NCBI GenBank assembly: GCA_963777605.1
Contig: CAVZRV010000011.1
Location: 128,001 to 192,000, forward strand
Length of the DNA: 64,000 nucleotides
From: an uncultured Acidobacteriota bacterium
Lineage (GTDB): Bacteria; Acidobacteriota; UBA6911; RPQK01; JAPXNP01
Reading direction: 5' to 3'
The notes beneath the pieces are model-generated. The model searched no databases. It was not told the origin of the DNA and saw only the letters and a list, made by a program, of their open reading frames with translations. Below, piece by piece: positions 49,942-59,305 of the stretch (position 1 is the first letter of the stretch; each line of letters starts with the position of its first letter). The translations under genes and the position numbers were made by a program.

Positions 49942-50337
49942 TCACGATTCGTCCAGATCGACCAGGTCCCCGAACTTGTTGATTTCCCTCGGGATCGGCT
50001 CAGCCAGGAGATCGCCGACCGCAGGCCTGCATTCGGCCAGTTTCGCCACCGTAATCGGCTGAAACTCCGGGTCCAGCTTGATCCCGGGACCGCATTCGGA
50101 AGGGCGTGCGTCGATACTCGACAGTTCCGTCAGAGTAAACTGCCCGGCGACCGCCACGCTCCGGCTGAGGATCAGCCCGAAGAAGGTCTCGCCCCCATCA
50201 AATTCGATCACATACCACTGCCAACTGCTGGCCGGATCGAAGAATCGGGCGTACACGAGGGTCTCGGACAGGGGAGTTTCCGGATCCGCTCCGAGAGGCG
50301 GAATCGAGTCGAGAAGTTCCTTCGGTACTTGAATCAT
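49942..50337 (-). CDS. DUF2958-like protein
   Basis: IPPLG....VYARFFDPASSWQWYVIEFD...FFGL...G.FTLTEL....G...D..F.P pattern. Confidence 0.65.
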   Translation of the reverse strand: MIQVPKELLDSIPPLGADPETPLSETLVYARFFDPASSWQWYVIEFDGGETFFGLILSRSVAVAGQFTLTELSSIDARPSECGPGIKLDPEFQPITVAKLAECRPAVGDLLAEPIPREINKFGDLVDLDES

Positions 50338-50397
50338 GCCCTGGATGGTCCCCGGGGAAACAGAGGCTGTTGCGCCGGAGACGCTGAACACTCCTGT

Positions 50398-51285
50398 TTA
50401 CTGTATCTTCCACGGGGGATCGGCGGGGAGTCGCCGCTCGAAATCGCGGATCAGCCCCTCTTCGAACGCATCGTCGTAACTACCCGAAGCAAAAAGGTCG
50501 CTCACCTGGCTGAAAAACCGTTCCCAGGATGCTTCCTCGTCGCCAGGGTTGACCGGGTAGAAGCGGGCGCCGTTGGCGCGGGCTGCTCGCAGGTCGCCGG
50601 GAGCATCGCCGATCATGAGTACCCGCGAAGTGTCGTACTTTCCCTTGGACGCAAGCTGGATGTGTTCGGCCTTGCTTCCCATCTCCTGTCCTGCAATGAT
50701 CCGCACGAAACCATCGATCGAGTGCTCCTCCCACTCCCGTCGCAGGGCTTCGATCGGAGTTGCGGAACAAACGATTACATCGGCCCACTCCGAAATTTTC
50801 TCGAGGCTTTCTCTGACCGATGGAAACGGTGGCACTCCCTTGACCATGTCGGCAACTGTGGCATTGACCGCTTCACTCCACTCAAGGGCCTGCCGCAGCA
50901 CATCGTCACCGGTCTTCTCCACTTCAGCCTTCAGGGCCGGATTACCGAGCTTGGTCTCCCGCTTGATCCAGTCACGGAGGGAGGCCGCCCGGGGAACCTT
51001 CACCTGTCGGCGGGTTACTTCCGGCCAATCGGAGAGCAGATCGAAAACCATGGTCAGAGCAGGAAACCGGTTGATCCCCCGCCATTTCGAATAGAGATTG
51101 ACGAACTCCGCTGCGAAACGCGCGTATTTCGAGACCGGCTGGAGTTCCCAGTAGCGAATGATGTTCGGAATAAAGCACTCCTTGTGCTTTATTTCCATGG
51201 TGTCGAACGCGCATCCGTCGGAATCGATCGCTACCAGGAATTCCTTTCGGGGTTCAAGATTTCGAAGTTCCGCCTGCAGATCCAT
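50398..51285 (-). CDS. HAD-superfamily hydrolase (probable sugar-phosphate phosphatase)
   Basis: Motif I IDSDGCAFDT, motif II CSAT, GQEMGSK, motif IV MIGDAPGD. Confidence 0.85.
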   Translation of the reverse strand: MDLQAELRNLEPRKEFLVAIDSDGCAFDTMEIKHKECFIPNIIRYWELQPVSKYARFAAEFVNLYSKWRGINRFPALTMVFDLLSDWPEVTRRQVKVPRAASLRDWIKRETKLGNPALKAEVEKTGDDVLRQALEWSEAVNATVADMVKGVPPFPSVRESLEKISEWADVIVCSATPIEALRREWEEHSIDGFVRIIAGQEMGSKAEHIQLASKGKYDTSRVLMIGDAPGDLRAARANGARFYPVNPGDEEASWERFFSQVSDLFASGSYDDAFEEGLIRDFERRLPADPPWKIQ

Positions 51286-51347
51286 TCTGACTTCTCCTGT
51301 ACGCTTCTTTACACTCCCGGACTCTGGCCGAGGCCGGGGCGAATTTG

Positions 51348-52637
51348 TTAGCGTTGGCCCTGTGGTACGTAGGGTACCAGTTTCCGTTCGGCGAACAGCG
51401 GGCTCAGCCTCGCAAAACGCTGGATACCGTTTACGATGGGCACGCTGATCCAGTCCTCCCCGATGAGAGGCCGGGCGTATTTTACGAAATCATCGGTCAC
51501 ATCGACTCGATTCGGTGCGATCCAGTCTTTCGGAAAACGACGTTCCGAATTCGCCACGACTGTCAATGGAACCTTGCCAAAGTCGGCCCGGTAGAGAGGA
51601 CCAGGCAACCGGACGATCGTCGACATGTAACCCGATCCGTCCTCAACCGCAATATGCACCGCGTTCAGGCCCACTTTGTACGCCTCGTCCAGATCGACCA
51701 CTGAAGCGTAGATCATGGTGTCCCGCTGATCTGTGCCGGCGATCTGACCACGCGCCGCTCCCCGGGCTTTCAGGCCAACCCGGTTGAGGTGATTGACGAC
51801 CAACTGTTGGGCGGTGCTCCGGCTGGAACTGAACTCCGTGTGTCCAAAGGAGTCTTTGACTTCGCCGACGTCCCCGACGTCGAACCCCTCGCTGACCACG
51901 ACGAGGACCCGACCATCCCGAACCAGCTGGTCATTCACGCGGTCGGTCAACTCGGCCAACCCGATCCCGGCTTCCGGCATGTAAATTTGCATCGGAAACC
52001 GGCGCTCCGGATCGGCCAGCCGCGCTGCTGCCGGAATGAAACCAATTTTTCGCCCCATCGCCTGCACGATCATTACCGGGTCCGCTGGAGACGAACCTCG
52101 ATTCTCTTCTTCCAGATTTTGCAGGTTGAGGGCCCAAAACCGGGCCGTGCTCCCGTAGCCCGGCGTGTGATCCACCAGTTTCATTTCGGGATCACCGACA
52201 TCGTTGTCGATCGTCTTGGCAGCTCCGACCGAGACCAACTCCAGCCCTCTTTCGTGAGCGAGATCGGAGATTTTCTGGGCGGTGTCCATGGAGTCATTCC
52301 CGCCGATGTAGAAAAAGTAACCCACCTCGTGCGCCCTGAAGACCTCGATGATCCTCTCGAAATCCTCCTGCTGGTGCCCCTTGAGCTTGTACCGGCAGGT
52401 ACCGATCGCACCTGCGGCAGGAGTCGTTCGCAGCAATTGGATCTCGTCCGGCGGCTGGGCTGAGAGGTCCAGGAGTTCCTCGTTCAGGACACCGAGAATG
52501 CCGTGGTAGGCTCCGTAGACGGTCCCGAACGTGGAGAGATAGGACTGGCATCCGTCAATGACACCTCGAAGTGAGTTGTTGATGACCGGCGACGGTCCGC
52601 CGGACTGGGCGACCACAACATTGCGAAACTTGCTCAT
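51348..52637 (-). CDS. pfp: PfkA-family phosphofructokinase, probably pyrophosphate-dependent
   Basis: AQSGGPSPVIN, GTCRYKL, IGGNDSMDT (Asp at the PPi-specificity position), KTIDND, MGRKIG and VSEG. Confidence 0.8.
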   Translation of the reverse strand: MSKFRNVVVAQSGGPSPVINNSLRGVIDGCQSYLSTFGTVYGAYHGILGVLNEELLDLSAQPPDEIQLLRTTPAAGAIGTCRYKLKGHQQEDFERIIEVFRAHEVGYFFYIGGNDSMDTAQKISDLAHERGLELVSVGAAKTIDNDVGDPEMKLVDHTPGYGSTARFWALNLQNLEEENRGSSPADPVMIVQAMGRKIGFIPAAARLADPERRFPMQIYMPEAGIGLAELTDRVNDQLVRDGRVLVVVSEGFDVGDVGEVKDSFGHTEFSSSRSTAQQLVVNHLNRVGLKARGAARGQIAGTDQRDTMIYASVVDLDEAYKVGLNAVHIAVEDGSGYMSTIVRLPGPLYRADFGKVPLTVVANSERRFPKDWIAPNRVDVTDDFVKYARPLIGEDWISVPIVNGIQRFARLSPLFAERKLVPYVPQGQR

Positions 52638-52654
52638 AAGTCCCTGCCGACTCC

Positions 52655-54067
52655 TTAAGCAGACCAATCGGTGTGGAAAAACTTCCCGCGGGGCCGGTCC
52701 ACCCGTTCGTAAGTATGGGCTCCAAAGAAATCTCTCTGGGCCTGCAACAGATTGGCCGGCAAACGGTCGCAGCGGTAACTGTCGTAGTATGCAAGTGCAC
52801 TCGAGAAGGCTGGTACCGGGATTCCCCGCAGCACAGCGTAAGAGACCACGGATCGCCAGGCTTCCTGATTGTCATTGATCGCCGAACTGAAGTAGGCGTC
52901 CAGCAGCAGGTTGTTCAGGTCCGGCTCGCGGTCAAAAGCCGCCTTGATCCGGTTGAGGAATTGGGCCCGGATGATACAGCCCGCTCTCCATATCGAGGCG
53001 ATATCGCCGAACTGAAGCTTCATGCCGTACTCGTCCGAAGCAAACCGCATCATCTGAAAACCCTGGGCGTATGAGCAAATTTTCGAGGCATAAAGGGCGT
53101 GGCCAATCAGGTCCACCATCCTGGCACGGTCGACCGTTTCGCCCGTGGCAGGCGGAGCCTTCAGTACTCCGGCTGCTTCGACGCGCGCCTCCTTGAGGGC
53201 GCTGACAAACCTGGCAAAGACTGCTTCAGCGATGGTCGGGGCCGGAACCCCAAGATCCAAGGAGATCTGGCTGGTCCATTTTCCGGTGCCTTTCTGACCG
53301 GCGGTGTCGAGGATGACATCCACCATCGGCTGCCCGGTCTCGTCGTCATTCTTTCTCAGAATGGCTGCGGTGATCTCGATCAGATAGCTGTTCAATGTGC
53401 CCTGGTTCCAGCTTTCAAATACCTCCGCCATCTCGAGAGGCGTCAGGCCCAGTCCCCGCCGCATCAGGAAGTAGGCCTCACAGATCATCTGCATGTCACC
53501 GTACTCGATCCCGTTGTGGACCATTTTCACGAAATGGCCGGCACCACCCCTACCGATCCACTCGCAGCAAGGAGCTCCGTCATCGGCTTTGGCGGCGATG
53601 GCCTGGAGAACCGGTTTCAGCAGGGGCCAAGCCTCTTCGGCACCCCCCGGCATGATCGAAGGACCCCAGAGGGCGCCTTCCTCTCCACCGCTCACACCCG
53701 TACCGACATAGAGGATTCCCCGACTTCCCATCTCCTTCAATCGGCGCTCTGTGTCTTTAAAGAAGGAGTTCCCTCCGTCGATCAGGATGTCGCCGGAGTC
53801 GAGGGAACTGCTCAGGGCCTGGATCACATCATCGACCGGTTTTCCGGCCGGCACCATCATGAGAATCCGCCGGGGCTTCTCTAAAACGTTCAACAACTCG
53901 CCGATCGAATCGGCCGCGCGAAGGTTTTTCCCAGCTGAAGCCTTCTGGAACTCGATTCGTTTTTCTTCCGACAGGTCGAACCCGGCTACTCCGTATCCGT
54001 TTCGTTCGATGTTCAGTGCCAGGTTCCGGCCCATTACCCCAAGACCAATGACTGCTATTTGGTGCAT
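52655..54067 (-). CDS. gndA: 6-phosphogluconate dehydrogenase, NADP-dependent, decarboxylating
   Basis: IGLGVMGRNLALN, IDGGNS, GVSGGEEGA, GHFVKMVHNGIEYGDMQ, QKGTGKWT and LLQAQRDFFGAHTY. Confidence 0.96.
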   Translation of the reverse strand: MHQIAVIGLGVMGRNLALNIERNGYGVAGFDLSEEKRIEFQKASAGKNLRAADSIGELLNVLEKPRRILMMVPAGKPVDDVIQALSSSLDSGDILIDGGNSFFKDTERRLKEMGSRGILYVGTGVSGGEEGALWGPSIMPGGAEEAWPLLKPVLQAIAAKADDGAPCCEWIGRGGAGHFVKMVHNGIEYGDMQMICEAYFLMRRGLGLTPLEMAEVFESWNQGTLNSYLIEITAAILRKNDDETGQPMVDVILDTAGQKGTGKWTSQISLDLGVPAPTIAEAVFARFVSALKEARVEAAGVLKAPPATGETVDRARMVDLIGHALYASKICSYAQGFQMMRFASDEYGMKLQFGDIASIWRAGCIIRAQFLNRIKAAFDREPDLNNLLLDAYFSSAINDNQEAWRSVVSYAVLRGIPVPAFSSALAYYDSYRCDRLPANLLQAQRDFFGAHTYERVDRPRGKFFHTDWSA

Positions 54068-54290
54068 GATTCACATCTCTCTTTCGCTCGATCCCGAAAC
54101 CGCGATACCACACCCGGTCTCAGGCGGTTAAACCCTGTCTCATCTAGATTTAATGTTTTTTCGATCAACGTCAACTCCACCGTCGCCGAGTCCCACCGTC
54201 GAGCGGTACCAGTTCGGACCCGCTCCCGGCGTGGAGTTTCGGGCTCTCCTCCATGGACTCGCCTCCGGTGGATTTGGTAATTTGATCGGC

Positions 54291-55187
54291 ATGCGATCGA
54301 CCATTTCAATTGTGTTTACTGGAGTAGCGATTTTCCTTTTGGCAGCGGCGACTGTTGTGGCGCAAGTCCCGGATCGGCCGCTCAACATCATTGTGTTCGG
54401 CGCCCACCCCGACGACCCGGAAGAGGTGGGGGGCACCATGGCCAAGTTCATTCAGCAGGGCCATCACGTCCGCCTTGTCTCAATGACCAACGGCAATGCC
54501 GGGCACTTTTCCGAGGGGGGAGGACCTCTCGCTCAGCGCAGATACAAGGAGACTCAGTGTTCGGGCGGTATCATCGGTGCCGAATACGTGGTCATCGACA
54601 ACGATGACGGGAAACTGATCCCGAGTCTCGAGAATCGGGAAAAAGTAATTCAGCAGATTCGGAGCTTCAACGCTGACATCGTGATCTCTCCACGGCCCAA
54701 TGACTACCATCCGGATCACCGCAACACGGGCCTGCTCGTGCGCGATGCCGCCTACATGGTCACGGTCCCGAACATCGTTCCGCTGACTCCGCACCTGCGG
54801 AAGAACCCGGTGTTCATTTACACCTATGACCAGTTCACCGAGCCCTCTCCGTTCAAGCCCGACATCGTCGTCTCGATCGACGATACCATTCAGAAGAAAC
54901 TCGACATGTACAACTGCCACGTGTCGCAGGTCTACGAGTGGCTCCCCTACAACATGAACATGCTTGATCAGGTACCCAAGGATCCGAAGGATCGAAGGGC
55001 CTGGCTGGCAAAGGTCTGGGGTCCTCGTTCTTCCGAACCCGCCGACCAGTATCGGGACTTGCTGATCAAGCTCTACGGCAAGGAGAAGGGTTCGAAGGTC
55101 AAATACGCCGAGGCGTTTGAAGTATCTGAGTACGGACGGCAGCCGAAACTCGAAGAGCTCAAGCAGCTGTTCCCATTCTTCGAATAA
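54291..55187 (+). CDS. Exported PIG-L/LmbE family deacetylase
   Basis: Signal peptide; GAHPDD, TNGNAG, DYHPDH and AEAF motifs. Confidence 0.85.
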   Translation: MRSTISIVFTGVAIFLLAAATVVAQVPDRPLNIIVFGAHPDDPEEVGGTMAKFIQQGHHVRLVSMTNGNAGHFSEGGGPLAQRRYKETQCSGGIIGAEYVVIDNDDGKLIPSLENREKVIQQIRSFNADIVISPRPNDYHPDHRNTGLLVRDAAYMVTVPNIVPLTPHLRKNPVFIYTYDQFTEPSPFKPDIVVSIDDTIQKKLDMYNCHVSQVYEWLPYNMNMLDQVPKDPKDRRAWLAKVWGPRSSEPADQYRDLLIKLYGKEKGSKVKYAEAFEVSEYGRQPKLEELKQLFPFFE

Positions 55188-55248
55188 CTCTATATCCCGC
55201 TGGGATTTAACGGGAGATTTCCGGGGCCGGATGCCGGCCCCGCCTGCT

Positions 55249-55884
55249 TCATCCTTGCTCGAGGAGCGGGGTCCCCTCAAGTTGGCGAACCGCCCCAAGG
55301 ACGTCATTGAAATTGGTAAACGACTGGTGGGGAATTCCGTTTGCCCGGCAATGGGATTCCAGGAAACGTCCTGACTTTACGAAGAGGTGATCAACGAATG
55401 GCACGACTTCTACATCGGATGTCCCATCCCCGATGTAAACAACATTTCGGCTTGTATCGCCGGCCAGCAGCTTTCGCTTGTCATTTTCAGGACGCTCGAT
55501 GTAGCTCCAGCCGTCCGCTGAAGGGGTCACCGAGTGGGCATAAATCGGCAGGTCGAACGGCTCGAGAAAGAGGCGAACGACCGGCTCCATTCCCGAACTG
55601 ACGATCGTCAGCGGACTCCCGGTGTCCTTGCACCATTGGACGAAAGCCCCGAAGCCGGGGTCCAATGAGACCCTTTCCCGAAGCCGGGTCACCGCATCCT
55701 CCCAACTGACCTTCACGGTACCGAGTTCACGCCTGATTGCCTCGAAGACCGTGATCTTTCCCTGAACGATCAGGTCGAGGACCTCCCGCCTGAATTCGGG
55801 ACCCGCGCCAAACTGCTCGGTGAGGAAGACGATGGTATCGCGGTTCGTGATCGTGCCGTCGAAATCGCAATAGACCTGAAGCAT
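55249..55884 (-). CDS. MtnX-like HAD-IB phosphatase
   Basis: CDFDGTIT..DT, LDPGF..F, IVSSG and YIGDGTSD. Confidence 0.8.
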   Translation of the reverse strand: MLQVYCDFDGTITNRDTIVFLTEQFGAGPEFRREVLDLIVQGKITVFEAIRRELGTVKVSWEDAVTRLRERVSLDPGFGAFVQWCKDTGSPLTIVSSGMEPVVRLFLEPFDLPIYAHSVTPSADGWSYIERPENDKRKLLAGDTSRNVVYIGDGTSDVEVVPFVDHLFVKSGRFLESHCRANGIPHQSFTNFNDVLGAVRQLEGTPLLEQG

Positions 55885-55971
55885 CCCGGACAAGGTAACA
55901 TAGGAGCCTTGAGAAAGTGTTGAGGCAGTCACCTGCGGGTGACCCGAGAGAGTAAAGCAGGAGGGTCCGAG

Positions 55972-56443
55972 ATGAGTTTGCGAGAACAGATCCAGACCGA
56001 CATGAAGGCCGCCATGAAGTCGGGCGACAAGCTTCGCCTCAGCACGCTTCGAATGATCCGATCCCGCATCCTCGAGCGGGAGGTGGAATTGCGGACAAAG
56101 AAGGGCCGGGACTACCACCTTGGCGACAGCGAAACCCAGGACGTCCTAAACAGCTATGCGAAGCAGCGTCGACAGTCGATCGAGAGTTACGTCGAGGGCG
56201 GCCGGGATGCGCTGGCCGAGAAGGAACGGGCGGAACTGGCAATCGTGAATGAGTACCTTCCCCGCCGCTCTTGATGCCGCAGCGATCGAAGCCCTCGTCG
56301 ATCGGGTCGTGACCAAAACCGGGGCCAGCAGCCTCAAGGACCTCGGTGTCGTCATGAAGCGCGTCATGGCGGAAGCCAAAGGCACAGTGGACGGCAAGAC
56401 GGTGAACGAAATTGTGAAACGGCGCCTTCTGAGCCAGAAATAG
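55972..56443 (+). CDS. GatB/YqeY domain protein; +1 frameshift at 56260-56263
   Basis: MSLREQIQTDMKAAMKSGDK.RL..LRMI...KQRRQSIE.Y..GGR..LAEKE.AE...YLP continues as AALDAAAIE...DLGVVMK...DGK.VN..VK if one C of C4 is removed. Confidence 0.88.
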
Positions 56444-56696
56444 ACAAAAATGGCGGACAACCCGACTCTTCCTCCATTTCTGTAGGATTCGAATCCGCGG
56501 CACCGCGGGGCCTTCGCCCTAAACTGTTGAATCGAAAGTTGCGAGCGCTGACCAGGTCAACCTGATCGACGGCCCTTCGAAAAGCCTCACACCTTCCAGC
56601 CAGTCACGCATCCCGCCAAGACGGAGCCACGTTCCTTCCAACAGTGGCCTGGCGAAGCCGCTCAGTCCGCTTTCAGCTCCCCACTTCCTTTAGATG

Positions 56697-56741
56697 CTAC
56701 ATTTTTGTAACTTCAGATCTCCAAAAAACACAAAATTGTCA
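56697..56741 (+). promoter_or_regulatory. Candidate upstream activator sites (two ACA-N4-TGT boxes, 31 bp apart)
   Basis: CTACATTTTTGTAA (56697-56710) and ACACAAAATTGTCA (56728-56741), 70-110 bp upstream of the sigma-54 site. Confidence 0.5.
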
Positions 56742-56809
56742 TCTCCATTTTTACCGAATAATCCTCCTAACTGATTTATTCCCAACATTTATTCAGAGCG
56801 ACAGTTGGC

Positions 56810-56825
56810 TGGCACGGCAACTGCT
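56810..56825 (+). promoter_or_regulatory. Sigma-54 (-24/-12) promoter of amt
   Basis: TGGCAC-GGCAA-CTGCT matches TGGCAC-N5-TTGCW with one mismatch; 85 nt upstream of the amt ATG. Confidence 0.8.
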
Positions 56826-56910
56826 AGATGGGCCGCAGAGTTTTGTAGATAAACCGGGTCCGCGGATCGCTTCCGGCCCCAGACTAACCAGTAGGAGGAA
56901 GAATTAGGAA

Positions 56911-58209
56911 ATGGATGCTGAAACCAAGGTAGTGCTCGATACTCTTTGGGTCATTCTGGCCGCTTGTCTGGTGTTCTTCATGAACGCCGGGTTCGGAATG
57001 CTGGAAACCGGCTTCTGCCGGGCCAAGAATGCCGTCAACATTCTCGCCAAGAACTTCATCGTGTTCTCCGTTTCTGCCATCGCCTTCTGGGCCATTGGCT
57101 TTGCCGTCATGTTCGGTGACGGAAACAGCCTGCTCGGCTACGCCGGGTGGTTCTTGTTTGGTCCGGACAACAGCCCGGCGCTCGAAGGGGCATACTCAGG
57201 CGTTTTCTCATCGCTGGCCTGGACCGGCGTCCCCCTGACCGCCAAATTCTTCTTTCAGCTTGCCTTCGCCGCTACTGCCGCAACAATCGTCAGTGGCGCC
57301 GTCGCCGAGCGCATTAAGTTTTTGAGCTACGTTGCATTCTCGTTCGTCCTGGTCGCGGTGGTCTACCCCATCGAGGGTCATTGGGTATGGGGCGGCGGCT
57401 GGCTATCGAGCCTCGGGTTCGCCGACTTTGCCGGCTCTACGGTCGTTCACAGTGTTGGGGGATGGGCGGCTCTAACCGGGGCAATTATTCTGGGCGCCCG
57501 GGAAGGCAAGTACACTGCCGATGGCCAGGTTCGTCCGATTCCCGGACACAACATGGCCTTCGCCACGCTGGGGACCTTCATCCTCTGGCTGGGGTGGTTC
57601 GGGTTCAACGCGGGCAGCACGATGGCAGCGGACCCGGCCGCGATCTCCGTGATCTCGGTGAACACGTTCATGGCTGCTGCGGCAGGCTGCCTAATGGCGA
57701 CAGTCACCGCCTGGCTCGTGATTGGAAAACCCGATCTCAGCATGATCCTGAACGGTACGCTCGCCGGGCTCGTGGCCATCACCGCTCCCTGCAACGCGGT
57801 TTCGATCGCCAGTTCTGTTCTCATCGGAACGGTGGCAGGAAGCCTGGTAGTCTTCGCCGTTCTCTTTTTTGACCGAGTTCGCATCGACGACCCGGTTGGC
57901 GCACTCAGCGTCCACCTGGTGAACGGTGTCTGGGGCACGCTCGCAGTCGGCCTGTTCGCAGCCGACACCGGTCTTCTCATGGGAGGAGGAATGAGTCTCC
58001 TGGTAACCCAGTTGATCGGCATCGTCGCAATCGGCGCCCTGGCCGTCACTACGAGCACAGCAACCTGGTATGCCATCAAGTTAACGATTGGGCTTCGCGT
58101 TTCGCCGGATGAAGAGCGCGAGGGCCTCGATATCGGAGAACACGGACTCGAAGCGTACCCTGGATTCACCCAGAACCCGCCTGAACCTGAAGCTCTTGAA
58201 ATCGCGTGA
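56911..58209 (+). CDS. amtB: Ammonium transporter
   Basis: [66 protein letters not shown] (twin His intact) and EE.EGLD..EHG. Confidence 0.96.
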   Translation: MDAETKVVLDTLWVILAACLVFFMNAGFGMLETGFCRAKNAVNILAKNFIVFSVSAIAFWAIGFAVMFGDGNSLLGYAGWFLFGPDNSPALEGAYSGVFSSLAWTGVPLTAKFFFQLAFAATAATIVSGAVAERIKFLSYVAFSFVLVAVVYPIEGHWVWGGGWLSSLGFADFAGSTVVHSVGGWAALTGAIILGAREGKYTADGQVRPIPGHNMAFATLGTFILWLGWFGFNAGSTMAADPAAISVISVNTFMAAAAGCLMATVTAWLVIGKPDLSMILNGTLAGLVAITAPCNAVSIASSVLIGTVAGSLVVFAVLFFDRVRIDDPVGALSVHLVNGVWGTLAVGLFAADTGLLMGGGMSLLVTQLIGIVAIGALAVTTSTATWYAIKLTIGLRVSPDEEREGLDIGEHGLEAYPGFTQNPPEPEALEIA

Positions 58210-58228
58210 GCGGTTTCAAGGAATAACG

Positions 58229-58248
58229 ACCGGGCCTTCGGGCCCGGT
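58229..58248 (+). other. Perfect cUUCGg hairpin in the amt-porin intergenic region
   Basis: ACCGGGCC-TTCG-GGCCCGGT with no U-tract after it. Confidence 0.6.
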
Positions 58249-58391
58249 TCCAACCACCTCTTTCGGGCCCAAGCCCACCTGATCTTACTGGATTTCCCTT
58301 TCGGGCCTGAATGGAAGTTCGCACAAAAAAGGCCCATTCGCTGCCGCCACAGCGGATGAGCCCGAACCATCACCAACATGAGGAGCAAGCG

Positions 58392-59276
58392 ATGGAACGA
58401 AAAGTATTTTATCACACGGTGCTCTGCCTGGTGTTGATAGCCATCTCAACCCAGTTCTCCGCTGCCGAGGACGAAGCGAAGATTCCGTTGAGCTTTTCGG
58501 CTGACTTGGCCGCGAGCAGCAAGTACATCTGGAGAGGGCAGCGACTCACAGACGGCTGGAGCCTCCAGCCCGCCGGCACCCTCGGAATCGGTGACTTCAG
58601 CTTGAACGTCTGGGGCAACATGGACCTGGAAGCCGTCAACGAGGGCGACGCTCTCTTCCTGAAGGGCAATCCCACGGCCCCCGCCGGTGACAACAACGGC
58701 CTGCAGGGTCACTTCTCAGAAGTCGACTACACGTTCTCCTACGCCATCCCTTTGAAGAACGTCGGCCTCGAAACCGGCGCGATCGTCTACACCTTTCCGG
58801 AGCGCTCGGCCTCGCTTCCCTCTACGGTGGAGATCTACTCCGGGATCAACTTCGAAATGCTGCCCCTTTCCCCAGCGGCAACGCTCTACATCGACGTTGA
58901 TGAAAGCCACAAGGGAGCAGGCTCGACGGGGCTCTACTTCGTCCTCGGGGCATCTCACATGATCACGTTCGGAAGGCCGAGATTTCCCGGGCTAGAGTTG
59001 GATGGCACGCTGGCGTTCGTCAACAAAGGCTTCGGGGAGTTCTACTACGGCGCGTCACAAGCCGGTGCTCACGACGTCTCCTTGACTCTCAACCTGCCCA
59101 TCAATCTAGGCGAAAGCCTCTCTGCCGGCGCCTTTCTTTCCTACGCTGCCCTCCTGGGCGACTTCCGCGACTTCCAGTACCTGAGCGCCAGAACCCTGTA
59201 CCTGGGGAAACCCGTGAGTCCGGCAACCGCTGCCGACAGCGTCTTCGGGGGGCTCAGCCTGAATCTGGAATTTTGA
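58392..59276 (+). CDS. TorF/TIGR02001-like putative outer-membrane beta-barrel porin
   Basis: GAGGAG RBS, signal peptide, S.YIWRG......LQP, EVDYT..Y, YTFP, EIY and amphipathic strands; C-terminal LNLEF (terminal Phe). Confidence 0.7.
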   Translation: MERKVFYHTVLCLVLIAISTQFSAAEDEAKIPLSFSADLAASSKYIWRGQRLTDGWSLQPAGTLGIGDFSLNVWGNMDLEAVNEGDALFLKGNPTAPAGDNNGLQGHFSEVDYTFSYAIPLKNVGLETGAIVYTFPERSASLPSTVEIYSGINFEMLPLSPAATLYIDVDESHKGAGSTGLYFVLGASHMITFGRPRFPGLELDGTLAFVNKGFGEFYYGASQAGAHDVSLTLNLPINLGESLSAGAFLSYAALLGDFRDFQYLSARTLYLGKPVSPATAADSVFGGLSLNLEF

Positions 59277-59305
59277 CCGGAGATGTCGAAAAGAGGCCGC
59301 AGCCA

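Noticed and set aside
48884-50062. C-terminal ~390 aa of the 863-aa ORF 47471..50062
   Set aside because: Arg/Pro-rich out-of-frame read-through after the indel; the real ATPase domain is in the +1 frame ending at 49937.
54173-54238. Imperfect stem-loop (AACTCCAC/GTGGAGTT enclosing GAGCGG/CCGCTC) between gndA and the PIG-L gene
   Set aside because: No match to a riboswitch I recognise; pairing of this length is plausible by chance at this GC content.
56484-56510. GGATTCGAATCC palindrome resembling a tRNA T-loop or att-site remnant
   Set aside because: Flanking bases do not form a T-stem or acceptor stem on either strand, and there is no integrase nearby.
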